64,000 bases of DNA. Origin: a virus. Within the stretch, counting starts at the first letter, position 1. Every line of letters starts with the position of its first letter. Position numbers and translations under genes: made by a program. Location: IMG/VR virus record IMGVR_UViG_2537562001_000004; one strand, given 5' to 3'. Shown here one piece after another: positions 11,525 to 22,149 of the stretch. The notes beneath the pieces are model-generated. The model had not been told where the DNA came from. It saw nothing but the letters and a program-made list of their open reading frames with translations, and made no database searches.

Positions 11525-11597
11525 GGTGCTTGTTTTTATGATCGAATTGTTATGAATCATTTGTTCTAACCAGCTGAGCTAAAGGTCCGGTATAAAG
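11525..11597 (-). pseudogene. tRNA(CAT) pseudogene. The 5' half is conserved, the 3' half is mutated with many G-to-A changes.
   Basis: ggacctttagctcagctggttagaacaaatgattcataacaattcgatcataaaaac compared with the intact ggacctttagctcagctggttagagcaaacggctcataaccgttcggtcgtaggttc. The upstream hairpin aaaagcaccctttcgag is retained. Confidence 0.55.
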
Positions 11598-11849
11598 GAA
11601 AAGCACCCTTTCGAGTAATTTTTCTGTTTGGATCCAGTAAGTGTACTGTTATTCTTTAGTGAGTTCTAAATCATCCTGTTTTGAGAGGTTTGCGTACTTG
11701 ATCAAAAGTGTTCGTCCACAATTTGTCCACGTGACTTCAAGAATTCATCGTATTGATTTACTGTGGTTTCTTCTATGAATTTTGTTACATGTAGATGAAC
11801 GTCTGCTGTCATGTTATATGTTTAAAATTTACTTATTTACAATTTTTTT

Positions 11850-12300
11850 CGAGGGATATAAGGCTGAAGTTGACAATGTGCATAAATTATTCTCATTAGT
11901 AAATATAAAGTTACAATCGCAATGATATTTGCCGTGTATTAGGGGGATGGCTTGCTTTATCCTGATTTTTTTTGTAGATTACATGTAGAATCGTCTAAAG
12001 AGATGCTTCTAATATTACTTACATTTTTAGGCGGACCAAATTGTATAGAATAGTTTCTCTTAGAAGCAAGTAATATTTTATTAATGTGGAGTACCTTTTT
12101 GTCAAAGTCTATATTATCCCATTGTAATGCTAAACACTCCCCGATCCGTAGACCGGTACGTGTTAAAAATATAAATAACGGATAGTACTTAAATTTGCTT
12201 TCTTGCTATGATACATAGTCTAAGAACGCGTTAAGTTCATTGATATCATAACATTTGATTTTTTTTGTATCTGAAATTTGTTGTTTTTTCATTTTTGTTT
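11850..12300 (-). pseudogene. Phage tyrosine integrase remnant
   Basis: The reverse-strand translation RTGLRIGECLALQWDNIDFDKKVLHINKILLASKRNYSIQFGPPKNVSNIRSISLDD contains integrase box I. No long ORF remains. Confidence 0.55.
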
Positions 12301-12791
12301 GTAGGATTTTTACTTATTATTTTTAACTCGTTAACCGCTGCTTCTAAAGCGTTATGCATAGTGCCATTAATAACGGATACAGTTTTGTTATTTTATTTTT
12401 TTAATAACGCGAATAAAATTTTGGTATTTTATTCGAGTTAGATCTTTTAATTTTATGTTTCTGAATTCTGGTCAGATATAGAGTTTTGTGTTTTTTTATA
12501 AGTTTTATATGTACGAGGAGAAATAGTATCTTTTTTATAAGTCTCAAGCCACTCATACATATACTCATTAAATATTACTTGACTAGCATGAATGTTTATT
12601 CTATGTTTCAGTGATTCTTCCACCTTAGCAGCTGTTAGCTGTGCTTCTTTTTTAGTTTTGAATCCATCTTTCTCATTAAGTTAGAATTGAAATTCACGCG
12701 AATTTTATAATGAAAATAGACAAATAGTTTGTGTTTTTTCATTATTAATTATCTTAAGATTAAAGAGTCGATAGGTCATATTCTGACTATT

Positions 12792-14295
12792 GGCTCTTTA
12801 ATTTTGTTTAAATGACTAAGAACAACTAATTTGTAACTACTCACGATAATTAATAATTTGTTAACAACTAACGAGGAGGAAATGACGGCGGGTGTCGCTT
12901 TAAAGGTTGTGTATAAATTCCCGGGCTTGTAGCGGGATCTCTACACATTTCCTATCTCTTTGAGTCTACAAAGGTTTCAATCTTCTTTTCCCTTGTAGGC
13001 TGAAAGGGGTGAAAGGTCAGTAGCGTGTGAAATTCTAAAATATAGTTAATTTGTTAATAATACGTGAAACCTGAAACCCAAAACTCAAAATTCCTACTGT
13101 TAATTGTTCGGGAGTTTCTCCTAGCAAAGAGTAACGCGGATAAGCGTTATTTATTGTCTCATTAATTAAACGATGGTCAATATAAGTTCTTTGAAAAGAA
13201 AATCTGGGGATAGCGTGCTCATTAAAACAACGTTACTCTGTGACGCGGAGGTTAGAGGGGATAAGAGTTTCCCGGAAAGAAAGTGTGTATTTTTCGGTGT
13301 TAAACGAAAAATTAGAAGTGTTTTCGAAATTGATGTATGTAAAAATATAGGGCTGGATAACAACTCCACAAGACATATTACTTATCGAACGATATCAGGG
13401 GAAGGGTTTCCCTTCCTTTGAGCGTACAGCAAAATGAAATAATACACGATGATTGAAGGCAACTTGCTGTGCGTTGAAAGGTGTGGAAACACCATCCCTT
13501 TTTTGCAAAACAAACTGTATTTATAATTACATTTTTCTGATAGAAAGCTTTGTTTCCCTAAGACAGAGGTTTTTATCATTTGAGAGTAACTAATTAGTTG
13601 CTCATTTTTTTATGTTTTTTTCATCAATAGATGAAGAAATAGCAGCGTTTTCCAGCTGGATATATGTGATTATATAAGCGTGAATAACAATCTATACATT
13701 CACTTTAAAATTCATGTTGTTGGGAGGGTTTTCCCTTCCTTTGAGCGTACAGAAAAGGTTAAGATTCTTATGTATCCGTCTATCAATCATCTTACCGTTC
13801 GTCCTGCTGTACGTTGAAAGGTGCGGAAAACACCATAAAGAAGGTTTGTTACATTGTACTCCTGATAAAGTTTATGCTTGATAAAAAGTCCTGTTTCTAG
13901 ATTGGAGAACAGGACTTTTTGTTTTATTACAATCCTTTATATAACAAGGTGTATAGTGAGTTCCTCTGATTGTTACAGTGGTTGGTACTAAGTAAGAGTG
14001 ATCAATTGGTTTCTACTTTTTCGTTAATAGATGAAAAAATAGAAACGTTTTCGAAATAGGCTTACGTAATAATATAGGTGTGGATGCGCTTCCACATTTT
14101 GTTTGAATCACATATTGTTGGGAAGGGTTTCCCTTCCTTTGAGCGTACAGCAAAATTAAACGGTTCCCTTCAGTTCCTTCACTGATTCTGCTGTACGTTG
14201 AAAGGTGTGGAAACACCATCCCTATTGTGCACATTGTAATATAATCTGATAGAAAGCTCTGTTTGTATAACAGGGCTTTCTATCGTTTAAGAGCA
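12792..14295 (+). ncRNA. Copy B of the large structured element. It has M1 (12792-13130), M2 (13130-13370) and three M3 hairpin modules (13398-13494, 13722-13836, 14120-14219). Each M3 is followed by a terminator-like hairpin (13538-13575, 13873-13915, 14252-14285). The third is also followed by a box motif at 13945-13990.
   Basis: Same module order and sequence as copy A. The M3 units repeat at about 330-400 bp spacing with partial M2-tail repeats (cgttaatagatgaaaaaatagaaacgttttcgaaa) between them. The loops differ between units. Confidence 0.6.
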
Positions 14296-14365
14296 ACTAA
14301 ATGGTTGTTCTTTTTGTTGGATAAAGCAGAAATTTAAAAGTTAAAAGATTATAAGGAGGAAAAAT

Positions 14366-16060
14366 GTGATTACTGAACTATATGTAAATGTTATTGATTT
14401 TGGTGCGAAAGGTGATGGAGTTACAGATGATACAGTAGCTATTCAAAAAGCCTTAGATAACGGTGGCGAGATATTTTTTCCTGCCGGAACATATGTAGTA
14501 AAAAATACGCTGAAATTGAAACAATCTAATACTAGATTATTTGGTGATAAAGGAAAAACAATATTAGATTGGTCTAAAGCATCTTCTGTTTTTAATACCA
14601 TCGGAGCGGAATTATTCCAAGTGTATGGAACTAAATCATCTGCTATTAAATTAACTACAGATGTATTAAAGGGAAAAGGACTGGGAAATGTTACAAACGA
14701 TTATCCAGGGCATCTTGTTGTTAAAAGGTTTGACTATGAAATCGAAGTAGCTTCTACAGAATCTGTTAATGACAATGATTTGATTTTAATTACCTCAGAT
14801 TTTATGTGGATAGATGATGCTGTTGAACATCAGCATGGTGAATTAGCTATTGTTTCAAATACTGTTGATTCTACAATATTGAGATTATCAAACCAATTAC
14901 ATGAAGATTATTTAACAACTAAAGCAGCGAGATACCATAAAATAACACCTATTGAAAATGTTGTAATAGAAGGATTAACATTTAGGGGGCATGATTACAA
15001 AGATAAAGTAAGGGGAGATTATGGCTTAATAGTTAAATATGGTCGAAATATTACTGTACGTGATTGTAGCTTTAAATCTGTCGACCAATGTTCTGTTGAT
15101 TTTATTAGTGTATATAATGGGTGTATTGAGAATTGTGATTTTTATCATATGTATACTAAGCCTAAATATTATATTCAATATGCATCTAAAGTTTCAAATG
15201 CATCTATGTTTATTAGAGTTTTAAATAATAACTATATAAATGGTAGACACGCTGTTGTAACTGGACATACATTGTATGAAGATTTGACGAAACCCGCAGA
15301 ATTAAGAGAACGTTGCCCAGGTATTCAGCGACATATTTTAGTTGAGGGTAATACAGCATCAGGATATTGGCACGCTGCATATAGTACACATAATTCCTCA
15401 GAATACGTTACATTTAAAGATAACTGCGCATTGCACTGTGATAAAGGATTTGAGTTGCGATGTAGATTAGTGGATGCTGTAGGGAACCATATACAGCATT
15501 GTCGAGTAGGATTCAATTTAACTGTACGTCCTGAGTATTTACAAATATCGAAGAATACACTTGTTGATACGGATTTATCTATTTATGCGAAAACATATAA
15601 AGAAGGATTCAATCCTAAATCTATTATGATTAGTGATAATTATCTTCTAAATACTACGGGAACAGGTATTGCTTTAAACTTTACTGATTGTCCTGGTATT
15701 GTAAAAGATATTGTAATTACACAGAATCGCATTGTAGATTGTGTAGCAAACACATATGCACTTCAGGTATCGGGAAAAGCTGAATGTGTAATTACAGGTA
15801 ATATAATTAGAAATATTTCGAATTTTGTTATTTCTCTAAGAGGTGTTATTAATAGCTGTGTTTCACAGAACATTGCTTATGATGCAGATACAAAGGGCAT
15901 GTTTTATTTAGTAAATGGTACCGCTTATGCTGCTGCGGGCAATGTTATCCGTGATAATTTTGCCTATAATTGTTACAAAGGTTTAATAGAAATGAATGCT
16001 TGGGGAGGTACAACAAACACAATTTCTCAGAACTACAATAATGGTGTGTTAGTTCCTTAA
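14366..16060 (+). CDS. Right-handed beta-helix (pectate-lyase fold) protein, likely a phage tailspike, depolymerase or pre-neck-appendage-like protein
   Basis: An intact 564-aa ORF. The N-terminus (VIDFGAKGDGVTDDTVAIQKALDNGGEIFFPAGTYVV) is typical of pectate_lyase_3 and tailspike beta-helix proteins. There is a ribosome-binding site (aggagg) upstream. Confidence 0.6.
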   Translation: MITELYVNVIDFGAKGDGVTDDTVAIQKALDNGGEIFFPAGTYVVKNTLKLKQSNTRLFGDKGKTILDWSKASSVFNTIGAELFQVYGTKSSAIKLTTDVLKGKGLGNVTNDYPGHLVVKRFDYEIEVASTESVNDNDLILITSDFMWIDDAVEHQHGELAIVSNTVDSTILRLSNQLHEDYLTTKAARYHKITPIENVVIEGLTFRGHDYKDKVRGDYGLIVKYGRNITVRDCSFKSVDQCSVDFISVYNGCIENCDFYHMYTKPKYYIQYASKVSNASMFIRVLNNNYINGRHAVVTGHTLYEDLTKPAELRERCPGIQRHILVEGNTASGYWHAAYSTHNSSEYVTFKDNCALHCDKGFELRCRLVDAVGNHIQHCRVGFNLTVRPEYLQISKNTLVDTDLSIYAKTYKEGFNPKSIMISDNYLLNTTGTGIALNFTDCPGIVKDIVITQNRIVDCVANTYALQVSGKAECVITGNIIRNISNFVISLRGVINSCVSQNIAYDADTKGMFYLVNGTAYAAAGNVIRDNFAYNCYKGLIEMNAWGGTTNTISQNYNNGVLVP

Positions 16061-16746
16061 GTATTTAATGGATAATAGTAGGATACCTTAAGGTTTTAAA
16101 TTAAGGTTAAATATATCAAAAAGACGTTATCATATTCAAAAAAGAAAGCGTCTTTTTAATTTTAGGAATAATTATATATTTTGGAACGATAATAATATAG
16201 TCGTCTTAAAAAGCATGTTTTGTTTCACTGCTAATACCAGTAAAAGATGTATTATGAGGTAGTTGATATAAGTATTAGTTTAAAGGTGAATATGAACTTG
16301 TAAACGGTTATCTTTTGTAGTTATTCCAATAAAAAAATTACTATGTATTGGTATTCTATTTAAGGGATTTCTTATAGCAGCCATGTCGTATATTTTGCTT
16401 AGATTGTTTATTTTTCATTCGTTCCACCTACATATCAATATGATTTATATAGCTTTAGCCTCAATAATAACGTGGAGCTTTCACATAGCGGATGCTTTTT
16501 ATTATGCGAAAATTACATAGGTGGTGTAAAGGGAATTGAATACATTCTTAGACAATGTAATTGGTGTGCATGAAGAGGCAACTATCCTTAATGTCTCATC
16601 TGGTCATATTAAGAACTTTTGTGCTCAAGGAAGAATTGTAGTAAAGGAGATTGGTAAGACATGGGTAATGATAAATCAAGATTAAGAGGATTGAGATAAT
16701 AATGATTATTGAAATTAGAAAAATAGTAACTGGTACAGAGTATTAA

Positions 16747-17103
16747 TTGGGGGTCTTAAATGATACTGATTTAACAAATGAAATCACAACAGTTTCTAAA
16801 CGAACAGGTCCTGATGTGGCGGAAAATACAAATCCTGCTCAAAAATTGATAATGAAGTTTGGTTTAACGGGCGAAGAAGTGATGAATCTAATTGCTTATG
16901 GCTATCAAAATAATTTAAATAAAACAGGTGACTATCTTAACAGTTTGAATGAATATGCGCCGTTATACGCGGACGCTCAATTTTCTGGAGGGCAGATGCT
17001 AGATTCGTTAATAAAAGATATGGAAGGCGGTGCCATGAATACCGACAAGGTTTCCGATGTAGTTAAGGAACTTCAACTTAAATTTGGTGATGGAACTTTT
17101 TAG
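16747..17103 (+). CDS. Hypothetical phage structural-protein fragment
   Basis: A 118-aa ORF inside a prophage remnant with no recognisable motif. Possibly a fragment of a larger tail gene. Confidence 0.25.
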   Translation: MGVLNDTDLTNEITTVSKRTGPDVAENTNPAQKLIMKFGLTGEEVMNLIAYGYQNNLNKTGDYLNSLNEYAPLYADAQFSGGQMLDSLIKDMEGGAMNTDKVSDVVKELQLKFGDGTF

Positions 17104-17229
17104 GGGATATTGGTACATTTTTTGAAGATATTGCTGATCTGTTCAAGAAATGGCAAGATGGAAAAGCTAGCATGTCTTATGTCATGAATAGTAACTAAAA
17201 AGATATTATAATGGTTTACTGGTAATCAG

Positions 17230-17470
17230 AATAGGGCATTCATTCCACCTGTAAGTAGTATAGTCGGTAAGCGTGTTGTTTCTAAGGTAGAGAAATTACG
17301 ATTCTATTCTAAACCGTCCTGGGCCGATGCGGATGTTGCTGGAGTTGTAACTAAAGTTTTATTGAAATTATCGATAAAATAACAGCGAATGGATCTCCGC
17401 AGTACAAAGTGAAAAATAGTAGGGGAAATGTTTATTACATTACGGCGGAAGCGTATGTTTCTGTAAAGTA
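17230..17470 (+). pseudogene. SH3b cell-wall-binding domain fragment of an endolysin
   Basis: The translation [31 protein letters not shown] matches the C-terminus of ORF 32532..32909. Confidence 0.5.
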
Positions 17471-17533
17471 AAACGAAAAGAGCCAGAACTCACATTTGAG
17501 TCTTGGCTCTTTTCGTTTTGTGTCTCGATTATG

Positions 17534-17818
17534 CTATTTACTACTATTAGGATTCAATTCATAACGAGTATGATTTTTTATTTTTTCATGTAATTCTACC
17601 GCCTGGCTATAAATTTCATTTAATTCTTTTAAAGAAACTTTGGATGGATTATGGCTTTTAATATTAAAAAATAAGCACTGGAGCTCATGGATTTTAATAA
17701 CAATGTGTCCCATATTAATCTGATCCTTATGTTTGGATAATAATTTATTTGTACTTGTAATAACGTTACGGATTTTTAGGAGTAAAATTTTCTTTGTGGC
17801 TAACAAAGTGGTCGTCAT
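17534..17818 (-). CDS. Hypothetical 94-aa protein, possibly a Spo0E-like regulator
   Basis: The ORF ends beside a terminator hairpin at 17480-17520. Only a weak resemblance (KELNEIYSQAVELHEKI). Confidence 0.25.
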   Translation of the reverse strand: MTTTLLATKKILLLKIRNVITSTNKLLSKHKDQINMGHIVIKIHELQCLFFNIKSHNPSKVSLKELNEIYSQAVELHEKIKNHTRYELNPNSSK

Positions 17819-18723
17819 AAGTTTTCTCCTCTATAATTAATGATTTTTTAAATATTTCAGGGGGAATATACCATAATTTAAGCGGGACAAAGAGTTGGAT
17901 GGGTGCGAAGGGGGATGAAATGAGAGAATCTGAGTAATAGATAATAAAAAATATTCAGGACTTAAAGGGAAAAGTTCTGAATATTTTTTGTGAATATCCG
18001 TAAACATCAATTTCAATGAATGCGATTGTCAAAGAAATAATATCATAATGGCTCAGTGTGTAGTGGAGTGTTTTTTTTGTTAGATGAAATAGTACATCAA
18101 TTTATGATTTTACATTTGTGATACTCTTCCCGTATGGAATATAGTTATGTTAATTTCTTACCCTAAGTAGTATCCCTTTTGTGAGGTTTCTCAATGTATG
18201 GAGAGCTTTTTATTATGTAAGTGAATAATATAAAAAGAGCTGACTCTCCATATGAGAATCAGCTCTTTCTTTGTGTCTCGGTACCCTATGTCATTTCCTA
18301 TCTTACAACTTATGATAAACCATAATTGTACTAGTAGGTTCGAAGAATATAATAACATTATATTTCGATTGGAAAAGGGTTTTATTTTCTTTGTTAAATG
18401 AAATTTTATATAGTTTTATAATGCGTTTCATGAGATTATAATATTGATTAAAGGATTTCCTAAAGAGTCATAGAAATATGATGCTTTTGTATGTTGGGGT
18501 ATTAGTTGTTTACAAATCATTCTGTTAGGGTAATATAAGTATACAATTAAATCATTCGACAATGTTTGTATAATTTCTTTATTAAATGAAATTATAAATG
18601 GTTTTGTATGCTGTTTTTATGAGATTATAATAAGGTCATTGAATATATGTTATGTGCCTGTTTTTCCGTATACCCTAATTAGATGGCCCCCAACAGTAAT
18701 GTTGAGGGCTCTTTTTTGTTATA

Positions 18724-18797
18724 TGGACCTTGTAGGACTCGAACCTACGGCCGAACGGTTATGAGCCGTTTGCTCTAACCAGCTGAGCTAAAGGTCC
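18724..18797 (-). tRNA. tRNA with anticodon CAT (Met or lysidine-Ile2 type)
   Basis: The reverse complement ggacctttagctcagctggttagagcaaacggctcataaccgttcggccgtaggttcgagtcctacaaggtcca folds as a cloverleaf with a 7-bp acceptor stem and a CTCATAA anticodon loop. A terminator hairpin lies downstream and a conserved R4 promoter-like region lies upstream at 18798-18990. Confidence 0.85.
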
Positions 18798-19214
18798 GAT
18801 ATTTAGAGAGTAAAAGCACTCTTTCGAGTGCTTTTACTCTTGTTTGGATCCGATAACCTGTAATGTTTTCCAATACGATGACATAATGCATAAAACATAG
18901 CAACAGCTTCAAAATTAATATACCAGATCATAAAGAGGATAGTTTTTTTATTTTTGCCTCATTAGATAAATTTTTAAATAGTTTTAATAATGATTTTCTC
19001 AAGAATCATAGAAAAACCTTCGATACTTTGTGTGTGTCGGTTTTTTCCTGTGCAAGTACAAATAAAAAAAGAACCAAATGTCAATGTGAGAATCAGCTCT
19101 CTTTTCGTGTCTTGACACTGTACTTATCATTATAGATTGATTAAAGAATGCATATATTTTCTTTATTTAAGAAAATCGTAGTATTGAATTTATAAATTCT
19201 TTTAATTGTATTTA

Positions 19215-20340
19215 TATAACGTAAGCTACAGGAACTTACATATACAATCGAGACACAAACAAGAAAGGGATAGGAAATATACATTTCCTATCCCTTTGAG
19301 TCTACAAAGGTTTCACTCATTCAATCACTCCTATTATCTTTTTGTAGGTTGAAAAAGATAATAGGTCAGTGGCGTATGAAAGTCTAATAAAAATATCAAA
19401 CCGTCAATAATACGTGAAATATCAGACCTCGAAATACCACTGTTAATTGATTTGGGAGTTCTATTTGCAAAAAAATAGCGTAAATAGGCATTATTTTTTG
19501 TTGAATTAATTAGTCGACAGTCAATTAGTGTTCATTGAAAAGAAAATATGTTTCATGAGATATTGTGTTCATTATAATAACGTTGCTAGGTGATTCGGAG
19601 GCCAGATGGCATAAGAGTTTCTCGAAAAGAAGATGTGTTTTTTCGTCAATAGATGAAAATTAGAAATATTTTCGAAAGGTGTATTTGTGTTATGTTTTAG
19701 GTGAGAATAGTCATGTGAAAGATGTCTATTCTAATTCAAGAATGTTTAAGGGCCACACAGAGGTTATCTTAAGTGTTTTTGACGACAATTTAATATTTAT
19801 GCTGACTTGGAAGGGTTTTCTCTTCCTTTGAGTGCACAGCAAAACGAATGTATCCGTTTTGCTGTGCGTTGAAAGGTGCGGAAACAACATAAACATTATT
19901 CACTACATTATGGTTTCTGATTTGATAAGAAGTCCTATTTTCTAAATTGGAGAGCGGGGCTTTTTATCGTGTATACAATATCTCATATACAGAGGCGAAT
20001 AGTGAGTTTCTTGAACAAAAAAACGCTTCTATTTTTTCGTTAATAAACGAAAAAATAGAAGCGTTTTCGAAAAACATTTCTGTAATAATATAGATGTAGA
20101 AGAAAAATTTACAATAACATCCTAAATTTCTTTGTTTTCGTAGGGAAGGTTTTCCTTCCTTTGAGCGTACAAAAAGCCAAGGAAAAAAGGCGATTTTGCT
20201 TTGCTGTACGTTGAAAGGTGCGGAAAACACCAAACTAGGGCAGCTTACTGTTTATGATACTTTATCAATGTAATAAATTTATTAAAAAGCCCTATCATTC
20301 ATAAAGATTAGAATGATAGGGCTTTTGGTCACTTAAGAGT
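19215..20340 (+). ncRNA. Copy C of the large structured element. M1 is truncated at its 5' end. There are two M3 modules (19809-19888 and 20143-20231) and terminator-like hairpins (19920-19965, 20285-20328).
   Basis: Same module order. The first M3 has a short loop of about 20 nt. A box motif is present at 19975-20010. Confidence 0.55.
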
Positions 20341-20377
20341 AGCTGAAAGGTTGCTCTATTTTTATGAGAAAAGGAGA

Positions 20378-20523
20378 ATGATGGGCTGAAGGAAATACTG
20401 TCTATTATACTCCTTTTCATTCTGGTAGTAGGTTGTACAACTTTGATTATTGACACATTCAAAGTAATTCGTGAAAAACGTGTTGCTGATAGGGTGGTTG
20501 AGAGGGAAATGGAGCAATTGTAA
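20378..20523 (+). pseudogene. Small single-transmembrane phage protein, paralog of 45014..45178, with a stop at its third codon
   Basis: atgatgggctga..., then EILSIILLFILVVGCTTLIIDTFKVIREKRVADRVVEREMEQL. It sits after an M3-terminator unit, as do the intact paralogs. Confidence 0.5.
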
Positions 20524-20869
20524 TTACAATCAAAACCAGTTCTGAACTTGTAGAACAAAATAAAATATGATATCTTTACCCATCCCCTCGAAATGGGGGA
20601 ATAGCACTCAAAGTATTAAAAAATACACATATCAAAACTTATAAAGTTTAATTGACACATCTCAAATAAATATAAGTTTTATTTTTGAAACGAAAAAATT
20701 CTATATTTCTAGCTATGCCATAAAGTGTACTTTTTGACATAGCTAGAAAGTTTAAATGAATTAGGTTAATTCCCTTATTCCAACTATATTTAGGTGAAAA
20801 TATAGTTGGAATGACTGGATATGGTTCAATTTGAGGAATGAAACAAAGAAAATAACCGCTATATTACGT

Positions 20870-21060
20870 AGGATTATGCAACAGCAGATGTGATTCCACA
20901 GGGTTTGTTAAAGAGTGGTTATGCACATTATAAGTGTTTATGTTGTGAACACGCGGAGAAATTAGAAGTAACGAAAGATGAACATTTGGATGATGATCTT
21001 AGCATGGGTTATCACATTAGATTGGATAATAGGGAGTAGGGCAGCCAAGCTGGATGGAAT
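20870..21060 (+). pseudogene. C-terminal fragment of a homolog of the zinc-ribbon phage protein 44460..45017
   Basis: The translation ATADVIPQGLLKSGYAHYKCLCCEHAEKLEVTKDEHLDDD compares with TADAIQQGSLKSGNARYKCGCCGYADKVEVMKDEHFDGK. Confidence 0.45.
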
Positions 21061-21269
21061 ATATTCATCACACTATGGAATTGAAGGTATCGCACAAACG
21101 ATGGTGCCTTTTTATCGCCTTTGTTAGCTTATTTGTTTGATATGGAGCATGTAAAATTATTATCTCAAGATGGATTCTTAGATCCATTAACCACGGCTTA
21201 TGTAAGAGGGTTTGCGAAGGTTTTTGGATTTGAATTAAACGGAAAATAAAGGTGGTAATATTCAGTTAA

Positions 21270-21625
21270 CACCAGCCCCTGCTCCACCATTAACAAATGA
21301 AACTAGGGTTGCGTATATCAAAGGGATAAATGTCAATCTTCGAAAAGGGGCGTAGTTAAACTTAGGTAAAGATCAGTGTATTTATAATGATCCATCCTAT
21401 ATTCGATATGATAAAGAGGAGAGCAATAGCGACAATGTAACTGGAAAACGTGCCAAGTCGAAAGTGGACAACCTTCATTTTATTTCCAAACCACCTTGGG
21501 TGGATAAAAATGTTGCCGGAACTGTAAATAAAGGTTTAGGGTCTACTATTGATGAAAAAGTCATGGTAAATGGTTCGCTACAGTATAAAATACACAATTT
21601 AAAAGGTGCAATATATAACGGATAG
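21270..21625 (+). pseudogene. Endolysin or amidase C-terminal remnant (SH3b-like)
   Basis: The translation VDNLHFISKPPWVDKNVAGTVNKGLGSTIDEKVMVNGSLQYKIHNLKGAIYNG has stops upstream. Confidence 0.4.
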
Positions 21626-22149
21626 TCCTATATATAGGTGAAATGACAAAAAATCCCCAATACTATTATTTATATTGGAGATTTTTTGTCATCGCAGGGG
21701 TGTGTGATAAATAGGTAAGTACATATTTGTTTGGTTCATTAAATTTTAATATTAACATTTAAAATGAGGGATAAATTGGTTGCTTTGCGAATTAGTTATG
21801 GAATCGACATATACTATATTATGCGATTTTGTAAATGGAGAAAAGAGATTGAACGCAAGGGGATGAGTTCTATCTCTTTTCTCCATTATACATATGTTTT
21901 TGTGCGACTCAATATCACATGGAAAAATATAACATGACATGAAGACAAGAAGGTAGTTATTTTTTCTTTAAAGACGAAAAATAATATCGTTTTGAATCGT
22001 GATATATGAAATAATATAAATGTGTGTTATTTCTTTTAATTCATTTGCGTGCTCCTGTTATGGAGTCTTTTTTATGAAAAAGGTTTTGTAGGGGAAATAA
22101 AAAGTGCTGCCTCTTATGAACTGTACCCTATAAAATGGACAGTTTAATA

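Noticed and set aside
10349-11597. A tRNA split by a 1.1 kb insertion carrying the LysM/SleB gene (5' half at 11571-11597, 3' half at 10349-10397)
   Set aside because: Extending the alignment shows 11525-11597 is a complete but heavily mutated tRNA copy. 10349-10397 is a separate 5'-deleted copy that still carries its own upstream R4 region. They are two decayed paralogs, not one split gene.
13398-14295. Possible CRISPR array (repeated conserved hairpins with variable 20-50 nt sequences between them)
   Set aside because: The conserved parts are inverted repeats flanking the variable segment, not direct repeats. Units are spaced 330-400 bp apart with terminators and conserved boxes between them. 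No cas genes are present. The pattern does not fit a CRISPR array.
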